A stretch of 64,000 bases of DNA from contig JAZNWH010000105.1 in assembly GCA_045593265.1 (NCBI GenBank), positions 19,216 through 83,215 on the forward strand. Reading direction: 5' to 3'. Below, piece by piece: positions 51,005 through 60,344 of this stretch. The position numbers and the translations under genes are program-made. Positions within the stretch are counted from its first letter, which is position 1; each line of letters begins with the position of its first letter. The DNA comes from Clostridia bacterium. Lineage in GTDB: Bacteria; Bacillota; Clostridia; RGIG6154. The notes below the pieces were generated by a model. The model was not told where the DNA came from. It saw only the letters and a list, made by a program, of their open reading frames with translations, and made no database searches.

Positions 51005-52063
51005 TCACTTTATTCTTTCAGCCTCAGCCAGCATATTCTCGATGAATATTCCATAACCTCTCGTTGGGTCATTTACAAAAACATGGGTTACTGCACCTAT
51101 CAGTTTCCCATTTTGAACTAAAGGTGAACCCGACATTCCCTGCACGATGCCTCCTGTCAGGTTCAGGAGTGTTTTGTCGGTAATTTTAATTGTAAAGCCT
51201 TTTATAGTATTATCACCGCCACGAAGTATTTTACTGATTTTTACGCTATATTCTTTTACTTCTCCTCCTGCTATATTACTCAGAAGCATTGCCTCGCCCT
51301 CTGTAATTTCCTGAGAACTTGCAATCTCGATTTGAGGTGAATTGATATCTATGGACAGATTTCCTGCTATTCCGTTTGGTGAATTAGTTTTTATAGAACC
51401 TATAATCTTTCCGTTATTGCCGAAAGAGCCTGTTATCTCCCCTGTTTTACCTAAGGTCGGTTTTGTTATTTTAAAATTATCTGCAAAAAAACATTCTGCA
51501 AAAGAAATAGTAAAAGACACATTCGTATCAACATCATTTATAGGATGACCCAATGCCATAAACTTTTTGTTTTGCGTATCATAAAAAGTAACTGTTCCTA
51601 TTCCTGCAGTACTGTCCCGAACCCAGAGTCCTGCTCTTGTAGTATTTTCTTTAGTTATATGTGGTTCTAATGAAACCGTAAGTTTTTTTCCTTCTCTTAT
51701 TATATCTAATTTAACTTGTTTTTTATTTTGAATTTTTTCAGAAAAATCCGAAATCGAAAAGAGCTTTTTGTTATCTACGTGGGTTATATAATCACCCTTT
51801 TTTAATCCTGCTTCTTTTCCCGGAGAAACGTTTCCGTTATTCGTTTTTAATTCAGTTATATCTACTATAAGTATTCCGTCTGAGAAAAGCTTGATTCCTG
51901 CTATTTGCCCACCAGGAACAACTGTTCTTGGTGCGTAAACAGCTTCTGCAACGGACACATTATCTTTAAAGCCATTGAGACACGCGTTAAAAAAAAGCGC
52001 ACATAAAAGAAAAATTATCAAAGATAAACAAATTTTCTTTTTCGTAATTATCATTCCTTTCAT
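51005..52063 (-). CDS. spoIVB: SpoIVB-like S55 serine peptidase (PDZ + peptidase)
   Basis: 352 aa. N-terminal TM/signal, PDZ domain, GMSGSPLV serine motif. Confidence 0.7.
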   Translation of the reverse strand: MKGMIITKKKICLSLIIFLLCALFFNACLNGFKDNVSVAEAVYAPRTVVPGGQIAGIKLFSDGILIVDITELKTNNGNVSPGKEAGLKKGDYITHVDNKKLFSISDFSEKIQNKKQVKLDIIREGKKLTVSLEPHITKENTTRAGLWVRDSTAGIGTVTFYDTQNKKFMALGHPINDVDTNVSFTISFAECFFADNFKITKPTLGKTGEITGSFGNNGKIIGSIKTNSPNGIAGNLSIDINSPQIEIASSQEITEGEAMLLSNIAGGEVKEYSVKISKILRGGDNTIKGFTIKITDKTLLNLTGGIVQGMSGSPLVQNGKLIGAVTHVFVNDPTRGYGIFIENMLAEAERIK

Positions 52064-52113
52064 TTTTTATTTGATATTAAGTTTTGTAAATTTAAAATAT
52101 ATATGCTGTCAAA

Positions 52114-52146
52114 TAAAAAAAGCATCTCCAAAAAAAGAGATGCTTT
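52114..52146 (-). terminator. rho-independent terminator after the fumarase-alpha-like gene
   Basis: AGCATCTC-N8-GAGATGCT, then TTTTTT on the minus strand. Confidence 0.6.
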
Positions 52147-52159
52147 CATTGAAATGGTT

Positions 52160-53002
52160 TTATAAAATTATTGTCTTATGTCTTGTTACATGGCAGCTTA
52201 TATTTACAGCAACAGGAAGTCCTGCAATATGAGTGGGATAAGTTTCTATATTAACTCCCAATGCAGTTGTTTTTCCTCCCAAGCCTGAAGGGCCGATGCC
52301 AAGAGCGTTAATTTTTTCCAATAATTCATTTTCAAGCTTGGCATAATATAAATTTTCATTTGACGTATCAATGTTCCTTGTAAGTGCTTTTTTGGCAAGA
52401 ATTGCACATTTTTCAAAGCTTCCTCCTATTCCTACACCAACTACTATAGGCGGACAAGGATTGCTTGATGCTTTTTTTACTGTTTCAAGCACAAAATTTT
52501 TGACTCCCTCTTCACCATCTGATGGCTTTAACATTTTTACTGCACTCATATTTTCACTGCCAAAGCCTTTGGGTGCTATTGTTATTTCAATATTATCCCC
52601 GTCAACAATTTCATAGTGAATTACTGCAGGTGTGTTATCGTTTGTGTTTTTTCTTTCTAATGGGTCGCTTACAACTGAACATCTTAAGTATCCGTTTATA
52701 TACCCATTTCTTACACCCTTATTAATAGCATCGGTTATATTTTCACCTTCAATAAAAACATTATTACCTATTTTCACGAAAAATATTGCCATTCCTGTAT
52801 CCTGGCAAACAGGTACATTTTCATTTTCAGCAATTTTATAATTATTAATTATATCCGTTAAAATTTCTTTGGCAATTTGTTTATTTTCATCTTTATATGC
52901 TTTATCAAGTGCACATCTAATATCATCCGGAAGATAACAGTTTGCTTCTATACAAAGCTTTTCAACTGCACTTGCTATAAATTCAGAATTAATTTTTCTC
53001 AT
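52160..53002 (-). CDS. Fe-S hydro-lyase alpha subunit (class I fumarate hydratase / L(+)-tartrate dehydratase alpha-type)
   Basis: 280 aa. Conserved Cys ligands in the FumA N-domain family. No beta-subunit gene is adjacent. Confidence 0.7.
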   Translation of the reverse strand: MRKINSEFIASAVEKLCIEANCYLPDDIRCALDKAYKDENKQIAKEILTDIINNYKIAENENVPVCQDTGMAIFFVKIGNNVFIEGENITDAINKGVRNGYINGYLRCSVVSDPLERKNTNDNTPAVIHYEIVDGDNIEITIAPKGFGSENMSAVKMLKPSDGEEGVKNFVLETVKKASSNPCPPIVVGVGIGGSFEKCAILAKKALTRNIDTSNENLYYAKLENELLEKINALGIGPSGLGGKTTALGVNIETYPTHIAGLPVAVNISCHVTRHKTIIL

Positions 53003-53015
53003 TTGTACACCTCTT

Positions 53016-55115
53016 TTAATTTACAATAACCATATCTATTTTACCATCCTCGGGGTATGATGCAACTATTTGAGTTTTTATTATATCACCTATACGGAAA
53101 ATTTTTCCTGTTCTTGTCCCAATAGCAGACAACGTTTCGCTGTCAAATTCGAAATAATCGTAATCAATATCCGCAAAGCGAACCAATCCTTCTACAGTAT
53201 TAGGATATTCTACAAACATACCAAAAGAAGTAATTGATGAAATTACACCTTTTGTCTCTTCACCTATGTGTTCAAGGGCATATTCAGCCTTTTTGATATC
53301 CATAATATCCCGCTCCGCATCCTGAGCTACTATTTCACATTCGCTTGAATTTTCACTTGCCGAAGATACAAATTCTGACAACTTAAATATATCCTCCGGA
53401 CTTAGTGTTCCTCTCAGTTGTTTTTTCAGTATCCTGTGAATTACCAAATCAGGATATCTTCTTATTGGAGAAGTAAAATGACAGTAATACTTTGAACCAA
53501 GTCCCCAATGTCCAAGACACTGTGGTGAATATCTTGCTTTCATCAGAGAGCGAAGCATCAAAGTTGAAAGAACCCTTTCTTCGGGCTTCCCCTGTGATTG
53601 AGTAATTAATTTATTAAACTGAGACGAATGAATTTCCTTTGCATTTTTCATATTATAACCAAGAAAACCAAGCATTTTTCTAAGGTTGTAAATTTTGTTT
53701 TCGTCCGGAGTTTCGTGAACTCTGTAAACAAAAGGCAGCTCACTCCAGAAGCTGTGTTCTGCTACAGTCTCATTACATACAATCATAAATTCTTCAATAA
53801 TTGAATTAGAAATTGTGTTTTCTCTTAAAACTATATCAATCGCTTTACCATTTTCATCAAGAATTGCTTTAGCTTCCGGAAAGTCAAAGGCTATACTGCC
53901 TCTTCTGTCTCTTTTTTGGGAAAGAATTTTACTGAGTTCTTCCATATCCTTAAGCATCGACACTATTTTCGCATACTTTTCACAAAGACTCTTATCTCCG
54001 TTAAGAATTGCTGTAACATCGCTGTATGTCATCCTGAAATCTGACTTGATAACACTTTCTGATATATCATAATTAATTACTCTTCCTTCAATATCAATTT
54101 CCATAGTTACGGACATCGTGAGCTTCTCTTCATCAGGATTAAGAGAACAAGCTCCATTTGAAAGTGCTTTTGGAAGCATAGGTATAACACGGTCTGCGAA
54201 ATAAACACTTGTCCCTCTTTTATATGCCTCTTTATCAAGCAGACTGTTTTCTGTTACATATTCACTTACATCAGCTATATGAACTGTAAGTAAATAATTA
54301 TCATCCTTTTTACAAAGACTTACCGCATCATCAAGGTCTTTTGCGTCTGAACCGTCAATCGTTATTGTAAGAAGATGTCTTAAATCCTTTCGTTTCTTAA
54401 GCGAAATCGGTTTTGATGCTGACTTTTCTGCCTGTTCGAGCAATTTATCAGAAAATGTATCACGAATTCCATAATTGCGTATAACACTCATTACGTCAAC
54501 GCCCTTTTCTCCGTAATATCCCAAAATCTCTGTAATAACACCTGCAGCACATCTGTCCTTATCAGGCCACCTTAAAATACGTGCAACTGCTTTCATTCCA
54601 TTTTTGTATTTTTTACTTGCCGAATTTGATATAAATATATCGGAACCCAAATTTTCATCATCAGGAATTAAAAAAACAATTCGTCTGTTTATATGGATTG
54701 TTCCTACAACGCTGGTATTACTTCTTGACACTATTTTTACAACCTTGCCTTCAAGAGAAGCCCCTGATTGTTCTTTTATAACTTTAACAAGAACCTTGTC
54801 CTTGTTCATTGCAAAAGCAGAATGTTCTGCAGAAATAAATATATCATTAATACTTTTGTCATCAGGACGCAAAAAGCCGAACCCTTTTTTGTTTTTACAA
54901 AAGGTTCCTGATATCAGGTTTTCAGTTTCGCAAGGAACGTATTTGCCATCACGGGTTTTTATAATTCTTCCTTCGTATACAAGTTCATCAAGAAACTTTC
55001 CTAAAGCAAGCATATCCCCCTGAGGAACAGCTAAAATTGCAGCTATATCTTTATATTTCATAGGAACATATTCTTTATCGTGAAGAAAATTATCCAGCAA
55101 TTGTTTTCTATCCAT
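53016..55115 (-). CDS. rnr: ribonuclease R
   Basis: 699 aa. RNB domain plus C-terminal S1. Confidence 0.9.
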   Translation of the reverse strand: MDRKQLLDNFLHDKEYVPMKYKDIAAILAVPQGDMLALGKFLDELVYEGRIIKTRDGKYVPCETENLISGTFCKNKKGFGFLRPDDKSINDIFISAEHSAFAMNKDKVLVKVIKEQSGASLEGKVVKIVSRSNTSVVGTIHINRRIVFLIPDDENLGSDIFISNSASKKYKNGMKAVARILRWPDKDRCAAGVITEILGYYGEKGVDVMSVIRNYGIRDTFSDKLLEQAEKSASKPISLKKRKDLRHLLTITIDGSDAKDLDDAVSLCKKDDNYLLTVHIADVSEYVTENSLLDKEAYKRGTSVYFADRVIPMLPKALSNGACSLNPDEEKLTMSVTMEIDIEGRVINYDISESVIKSDFRMTYSDVTAILNGDKSLCEKYAKIVSMLKDMEELSKILSQKRDRRGSIAFDFPEAKAILDENGKAIDIVLRENTISNSIIEEFMIVCNETVAEHSFWSELPFVYRVHETPDENKIYNLRKMLGFLGYNMKNAKEIHSSQFNKLITQSQGKPEERVLSTLMLRSLMKARYSPQCLGHWGLGSKYYCHFTSPIRRYPDLVIHRILKKQLRGTLSPEDIFKLSEFVSSASENSSECEIVAQDAERDIMDIKKAEYALEHIGEETKGVISSITSFGMFVEYPNTVEGLVRFADIDYDYFEFDSETLSAIGTRTGKIFRIGDIIKTQIVASYPEDGKIDMVIVN

Positions 55116-55195
55116 CTGTCCTCCAAATCAAACAATATAAAAAACAGGCTGTCCATTTCTGCGAAACAAACAAACCTGCCTTAATTAAATTTAAA

Positions 55196-55429
55196 TTATG
55201 CTGTTAACACATAAAGTAACACTGACAATATAATAAACAATACAGCTAAAATTGATGTAATCTTGCTTAAGATACCGTCGATTGTTCTTCCTTTATTTTT
55301 ACCAAAAAATGTTTCAGCACCACCGGCAATACTTCCGGGAAGACCCTGAGTTTTGCCTGACTGCATAAGTACTGTAATTATAAGAGCTATCGAAACAATA
55401 ATTTGTACAATTGATAAGGCAATCTGCAT
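55196..55429 (-). CDS. secG: preprotein translocase subunit SecG
   Basis: Start at MQIALSIVQIIVSIALI, 8 nt after GGAGG. The track ORF extends upstream to 55483. Confidence 0.8.
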   Translation of the reverse strand: MQIALSIVQIIVSIALIITVLMQSGKTQGLPGSIAGGAETFFGKNKGRTIDGILSKITSILAVLFIILSVLLYVLTA

Positions 55430-55486
55430 TTGTAACACCTCCATAGTATTTGTAATTTTATCACAAAATATAAGCTTTGTCAACAG

Positions 55487-55963
55487 TTATCTTTTAAATA
55501 TTTCGTTTTTATTAACAACTGTATACAGCATCTGTCCCAATAAACCGCAGGAAATAATTTCTCCTAACGCTACTGTAAACATAATAAACCCAAAACTTTC
55601 TTTTGCGCCATAAACATACATTAATACAAATGGTACTATAATTGCATTGGAAAGTATTGGTGGAACAGGAAGAAGCCATCTGTTTTTAATTTTTGATGTA
55701 AAATATGCTCCTATAAAAGTAGCAACACTGCCAAATACAATATCCCACAATGCACATCCTGTCAAAAGATTTGCAATAACACAACCTACCGTTAATCCAA
55801 GGACAGCTTCAGGGAAGAAATACGGAAGTATTGTAAGAGCTTCTGAAAATCTTACCTGCACTACCGAACCCGAAAGTCCAAATATTGCAGAAATCAGTGT
55901 AAGTACCACATACAAAGCTCCTATTGCCGATGCTTTTGTTAAATACTTGATTTTTTTGTTCAT
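55487..55963 (-). CDS. queT: queuosine precursor transporter QueT (ECF S-component, DUF988)
   Basis: 158 aa, 5-6 TM, QueT-like, with a preQ1 riboswitch directly upstream. Confidence 0.7.
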   Translation of the reverse strand: MNKKIKYLTKASAIGALYVVLTLISAIFGLSGSVVQVRFSEALTILPYFFPEAVLGLTVGCVIANLLTGCALWDIVFGSVATFIGAYFTSKIKNRWLLPVPPILSNAIIVPFVLMYVYGAKESFGFIMFTVALGEIISCGLLGQMLYTVVNKNEIFKR

Positions 55964-55971
55964 TTGTAAAT

Positions 55972-56014
55972 TCTCCTTAGTTTTGTTTTGAGTGAGGATG
56001 GTTACGAACTCACT
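55972..56014 (-). ncRNA. preQ1-I riboswitch controlling queT translation
   Basis: Minus strand reads AGUGAG-UUCGUAACCAUC-CUCACU-CAAAACAAAACUAAGGAG, then AAUUUACAAAUG. Compare T. tengcongensis CUGGG-UCGCAGUAACC-CCAG-UUAACAAAACAAGG and B. subtilis ...AUAAAAAACUAAGG. The SD sequence lies in the 3' tail. Confidence 0.6.
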
Positions 56015-56020
56015 TTTATA

Positions 56021-56962
56021 TTAATAAAATGTTGCTACTTCCTGCTCAGGTTTTTCTGAATATTCCATAGCTGTTACATACATTACAGGGCCTCTACCTC
56101 TGTAAATTTTATGTTTTTCAACTTTAATTTTTGCTGTAACTGTTACCCAGTCTTTTAATTTCAAATTCATCATTTCATCGCCGACACAAACAACACCTCG
56201 GTATTCTATGTCATCCACACAACATGTCATAATGTGTCTCCCTATTATTGCTGTGTTTTCAGGCATTTTTGCATCCTTTGCAACAATACCCTTAAAGCAA
56301 ACCTTTTTACCATCGTATTTTGTAAAATCCTCTACCAGATCACGATACCATAAAGCATAATCTTTATCTTCTATACTTATTATATCTGCGTTGATATCAA
56401 ATGGAAGAGGGTCTTCAATCTCGTCTATTTCCACAACGCCTTTTATGTTTTCGTAAAGAATTTCCGTTTTTCTTGATACACCTCTTACCAGCTTATGCAA
56501 CTGGGGCTTTATATCATCGTCGTCAGCACGATTAAATACCACAAGCTCACAATTATTAAGCTTGTCTACAACCAGATTTCTCATATTTGCATTGTACTGC
56601 AATATAGTAGTAGCATCGGCAAACATAACCTCCTGATAGACAACCCAGTTATCAGGCATCTGAGTATAAAGATGAGGTAAATCCCACATACCGTTATACT
56701 CTATCATTACTCTTTCACAACCTGTTTCTTTCTCAAGCTTTTTTAAAGAAACCAGAGAAATATCTTCTTTATCATCTATCTCTCTGATAATAACATTCTT
56801 ACACACAAATCTTGAAGGGTCGTATTCTTCTTCCCCGTCTTCACACATAAGAAGAAGCGTTTTTTCAGCATTGTTGAATTTTTTATCTTCCAGTGTTTCC
56901 TGAATGAATTTTGTTTTACCTGATTCAAGAAATCCTGTAAATAAATATACGGGTATCTCCAT
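56021..56962 (-). CDS. COG0523 (CobW/HypB/UreG G3E GTPase) family paralog, degenerate
   Basis: 313 aa. Walker A degraded to GFLESGKT and the CxCC metal motif is absent (LLMCEDGEE). CobW_C-like C-terminal domain. Confidence 0.65.
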   Translation of the reverse strand: MEIPVYLFTGFLESGKTKFIQETLEDKKFNNAEKTLLLMCEDGEEEYDPSRFVCKNVIIREIDDKEDISLVSLKKLEKETGCERVMIEYNGMWDLPHLYTQMPDNWVVYQEVMFADATTILQYNANMRNLVVDKLNNCELVVFNRADDDDIKPQLHKLVRGVSRKTEILYENIKGVVEIDEIEDPLPFDINADIISIEDKDYALWYRDLVEDFTKYDGKKVCFKGIVAKDAKMPENTAIIGRHIMTCCVDDIEYRGVVCVGDEMMNLKLKDWVTVTAKIKVEKHKIYRGRGPVMYVTAMEYSEKPEQEVATFY

Positions 56963-56972
56963 AACTTACTCC

Positions 56973-58061
56973 TTATTCTATACCAAATAACTCGGTGATT
57001 TTATGCTCATCGATTTTTGAACCTATTACACAAATTCTTCCTGTTATATCAGCTCCGCCTGAACGTACATCAGGTTCGCCCGGAACATAGTCAAAATGAA
57101 TCCAACTTGAATCTTCTGCTTCTACAATTCCCTTTGCTCTCAAAATCATACCATATTCAGTTTCATCATTCAAAGCATTAAGTATACGTTCAATTTCTTC
57201 AACTGTAAACTTTTTAGTAGTTTCAGTTCCCCAGCTTGTAAACACCTCGTCAGCATGATGATGTTCGTGATGATGGTCATGACAGCCACAAGAACATTCT
57301 TCACCATGATGGTGCTCATGTTCATGATGATGCTCATGTTCATGATGGTGCTCGTGCTCATGGTGATGTTCGTGTTCATGGTGATGTTCGTGTTCATAAT
57401 GATGACCACATACAGGACAAGCACTTTCCTGTTCGTCTTTTAATTTTTCAAGAACAGCATCAAGTGTAGACTCTCTTTCTATCGCTTCAAGAAGCTGTTT
57501 TCCTGTGAGCATATCCCATGGAGTCGTAACTATAACTGCATCTTTATTATGCTCTCTAATAAGCTCTGCTGCTTTTTTTGTTTTTTCCTCGCCTACTGTT
57601 TGAGTATGACTTAAAACAATACATCCTGCATGCTCAATCTGATCATTGTAAAATTCACCGAAATTTTTCATATACATTTTGCATTTTCCTGCATCTGCAA
57701 CAGCAGTAAATCCATTTAACACCACATCATCGGCTTCTATATCTCTTACAGCTTTTATTACATCACTCAGTTTGCCAACGCCTGAAGGTTCAATCAAAAT
57801 TCTGTCAGGAGAAAAATCTGCAAGAACTTTTTTAAGTGCTTCGCCAAAATCTCCTACAAGACTACAGCAAATACATCCCGAATTCATTTCTGTAATTTCT
57901 ATTCCTGCTTCCTTTAAAAACCCTCCGTCAATACCTATTTCACCAAACTCATTCTCTATTAAAACAACCTTTTCACCACAATAAGCTTCCTGAATAAGTT
58001 TTTTAATGAGAGTAGTTTTTCCTGCACCTAAAAAACCTGAAAATATATCTATCTTTGTCAT
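56973..58061 (-). CDS. COG0523 family metallochaperone GTPase with His/Glu-rich metal-binding tract
   Basis: Start MTKIDIFSGFLGAGKTT after AGGAGG. Has the GCICC motif. Tract CPVCGHHYEHEHHHEHEHHH...HGEECSCGCHDHHHEHHH. Upstream TTGACA-17-TATAAT promoter. Confidence 0.8.
   Translation of the reverse strand: MTKIDIFSGFLGAGKTTLIKKLIQEAYCGEKVVLIENEFGEIGIDGGFLKEAGIEITEMNSGCICCSLVGDFGEALKKVLADFSPDRILIEPSGVGKLSDVIKAVRDIEADDVVLNGFTAVADAGKCKMYMKNFGEFYNDQIEHAGCIVLSHTQTVGEEKTKKAAELIREHNKDAVIVTTPWDMLTGKQLLEAIERESTLDAVLEKLKDEQESACPVCGHHYEHEHHHEHEHHHEHEHHHEHEHHHEHEHHHGEECSCGCHDHHHEHHHADEVFTSWGTETTKKFTVEEIERILNALNDETEYGMILRAKGIVEAEDSSWIHFDYVPGEPDVRSGGADITGRICVIGSKIDEHKITELFGIE
57255..57410. repeat. 18-bp tandem coding repeat (x5-6) encoding (HEHEHH)n within the COG0523 gene
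   Basis: ttcatgatggtgctcatg / ttcatgatgatgctcatg / ttcatgatggtgctcgtg / ctcatggtgatgttcgtg / ttcatggtgatgttcgtg. Confidence 0.8.
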
Positions 58062-58178
58062 AACTTTTTTCCTCCTTTGAATCTTATAATTTGCAGCATA
58101 CACTAAATACTAATTATACATAACTTTTTCATTCCTGTCAATTGCTCTTCATAACCAATCAGATAGAATTTAAAACAC

Positions 58179-58697
58179 TTATCTTTTCGAAAGTTTTACT
58201 ACTTTGTCGTGTATCAAATGCCAATTACCCTTATCATTAATTTTAATTGCCTTGTCTGTTTTATATAATGTTTTAACAGAATTATTACTGTAATCAACAC
58301 TAACATAATTTGATAGATATTGATTAAGTTCTTTATGCAAAGGAATTGCCTCTTTTATCATATCAGGATTATTTTTCATAATTCTTAAAAGAAGCTTATA
58401 ATCATCAATTAAATACTCTAAAAACATGTCCCTCTTCGGATAAATTGTATAATAAAAAACAAACTCTTCTTCTATCTTATCACAAATATTTATGGCATTA
58501 ATTATTGAAGATTCAAAATATCTGTTAGGCTCATCATCTGAATACATATTCTCATACAAATTAGATAATTGATGTATATTTGAAATTATATAATCAGAAA
58601 TATTCTTTGATATTCTTTGCTTGTTGTTTACATGCACTACATTAATTATTCCCAGAACAACAATCACTGCAACCAACAATGTAACAATTTTCTTCAC
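58179..58697 (-). CDS. hypothetical membrane-anchored protein (N-terminal TM, 172 aa)
   Basis: Very AT-rich, no homology recognised. Confidence 0.45.
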   Translation of the reverse strand: MKKIVTLLVAVIVVLGIINVVHVNNKQRISKNISDYIISNIHQLSNLYENMYSDDEPNRYFESSIINAINICDKIEEEFVFYYTIYPKRDMFLEYLIDDYKLLLRIMKNNPDMIKEAIPLHKELNQYLSNYVSVDYSNNSVKTLYKTDKAIKINDKGNWHLIHDKVVKLSKR

Positions 58698-58750
58698 TCT
58701 AATTACCTCCTCATTACAGCCATAATAACAGTCTATAACAAATATCGAAG

Positions 58751-59446
58751 TTATTCTTTAATGGTTCTATTTATATAAGTTGCGTATATAAGTGGCACTA
58801 TTATCAAAAACATAGGAACTATATATAATGACATTGAATTTTCAATATTAAATACAGAAAGTGAATTCATTAAAGAATGTGTAATTATACAAGGGATGAG
58901 TGATTTACTTTTATAAAATATAATAACAAATAAATATCCGATTGAAAAAGCATAGCATATTTGCATTAATGTTGGAATTAATTCTGCACCGTTTAACAAA
59001 TTAATTATATGTCCTATTCCAAAAGTAATTGCATTTACAATTATTGCAATTCTAACATTATCTTTTTCCATCATTTTAAATAAAAACCCTCTGAAAATTA
59101 TTTCCTCAATAAATCCAACATTTATCATGGTTAGCACATAAAATACAATATCGCCTGTTGAATGATTTATGTTAATTCCATTCCACAAGTTTACAGTTGA
59201 TATTAGAATTAATGGAAAGAAAAATAAATATTTCTTTGGATTTTTGATTTTGGTAATACCATAATATTTTGTCCTGCCCAAAGCAATCATCAATACTATT
59301 AAAAATACAGAAAAAACAGTATTAACAATTGTGCTTCTATAATCAATTAAACCGAAATTCTGAATACAATAAGAGTTTATAATCAGATAAAGTAAAACTA
59401 ATAATATACAAAATAAAGTTTCATTCTTTTCAAATATTTTTTTCAT
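58751..59446 (-). CDS. CPBP family intramembrane metalloprotease (CAAX protease/Abi-like)
   Basis: 231 aa. EEIIFRGFLF, HIINLL and HSLMNS motifs. Confidence 0.75.
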   Translation of the reverse strand: MKKIFEKNETLFCILLVLLYLIINSYCIQNFGLIDYRSTIVNTVFSVFLIVLMIALGRTKYYGITKIKNPKKYLFFFPLILISTVNLWNGININHSTGDIVFYVLTMINVGFIEEIIFRGFLFKMMEKDNVRIAIIVNAITFGIGHIINLLNGAELIPTLMQICYAFSIGYLFVIIFYKSKSLIPCIITHSLMNSLSVFNIENSMSLYIVPMFLIIVPLIYATYINRTIKE

Positions 59447-59549
59447 AAGTTCACTCTAATCTTTTATATGATATTCTCTGTCTTTTTAACAAATTCAACA
59501 TAATTCTTACAAGGCTTAAGGTTTAGATATAAACCATTATAGCAATATA

Positions 59550-59639
59550 TTCACGAGCTTCGTGCTTTAATTTTCACTCTATTCAAATGCGATATAACTC
59601 CATTTTGCGACCTTGCGATATGAAATTTAGGAAATTCCT
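59550..59639. repeat. intergenic repeat element copy B (similar to 38050-38141), containing an extended -10 promoter-like sequence on the minus strand
   Basis: CACGAGCttCGTG hairpin, then AAATGCGATATAACTCC...CCTTGCGATATGAAATTTAGGAAATTCCT. Minus strand has TGcTATAAT about 100 nt upstream of the CPBP gene. Confidence 0.45.
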
Positions 59640-59982
59640 ATTCAGCAACAATAAGAGCAATAAAAACAAGCATTTCATCACCGGTATTTCTAATTGAGTG
59701 CCCCTGCCCCGACGGGGTTAATGTTACCATTCCCGGAGCTACTTCAATTTTGTTTCCGTTATCATTATAACTACCTTGTCCCGAAAGAATAAAGTATGTT
59801 TCACTTTCTCCAACGTGCATATGATAATCCACTGCCTCACCCGGTTTTATCTGCACCAAAGAGAACGTTCTTATTCTCGGATCTGATACATCAAAGTCTG
59901 CAAGGTCAGTCATAAACATTTTTTCCCTGCCTTCATTATTTAACTTTGTTTTCGTTTTTAGTTGTTGTATTTTTTTGTGCAT
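59638..59982 (-). CDS. cupin domain protein
   Basis: 114 aa with a small-barrel His cluster. Confidence 0.6.
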   Translation of the reverse strand: MHKKIQQLKTKTKLNNEGREKMFMTDLADFDVSDPRIRTFSLVQIKPGEAVDYHMHVGESETYFILSGQGSYNDNGNKIEVAPGMVTLTPSGQGHSIRNTGDEMLVFIALIVAE

Positions 59983-60226
59983 ATTAAACCCTTTCTACAA
60001 TTAAAAATTATATTTTACTTAAGCTTATTATATACGGGATATAAAGTTTAGCTTTTCTCAATTTTGATATCTGTTTCGTTTTTTCATACTCATTTACCGC
60101 AACCAATGCACCAGCACAAATATTTGTTGATATTTTACCATAATTATATTATAAGCAGGCAAAATTGTCAATGTATTGTATACGCCTTGTGTTCGTTTGA
60201 TATTCCCTGTTTTAAGCTTGTATTAA

Positions 60227-60262
60227 GTTAAAAAAAGTCCAGAATTATCCGGACTTTCAGAA
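60227..60262. terminator. bidirectional terminator after the alcohol dehydrogenase gene
   Basis: AAAAAAAGTCC-agaattatcc-GGACTTT; U-run on the minus strand. Confidence 0.55.
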
Positions 60263-60344
60263 CTTTTTTACAGCTTGTGAAATCAAGTTTATACTGTGGC
60301 AACTTTAGATAACAATTTCTCGATAAATATCACCTTTTCGTACT

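Noticed and set aside
58104-58178. Zur/Fur box upstream of the COG0523 pair
   Set aside because: No TCGTAAT-N-ATTACGA-like or GATAATGATAATCATTATC-like palindrome is present, only a consensus sigmaA promoter.
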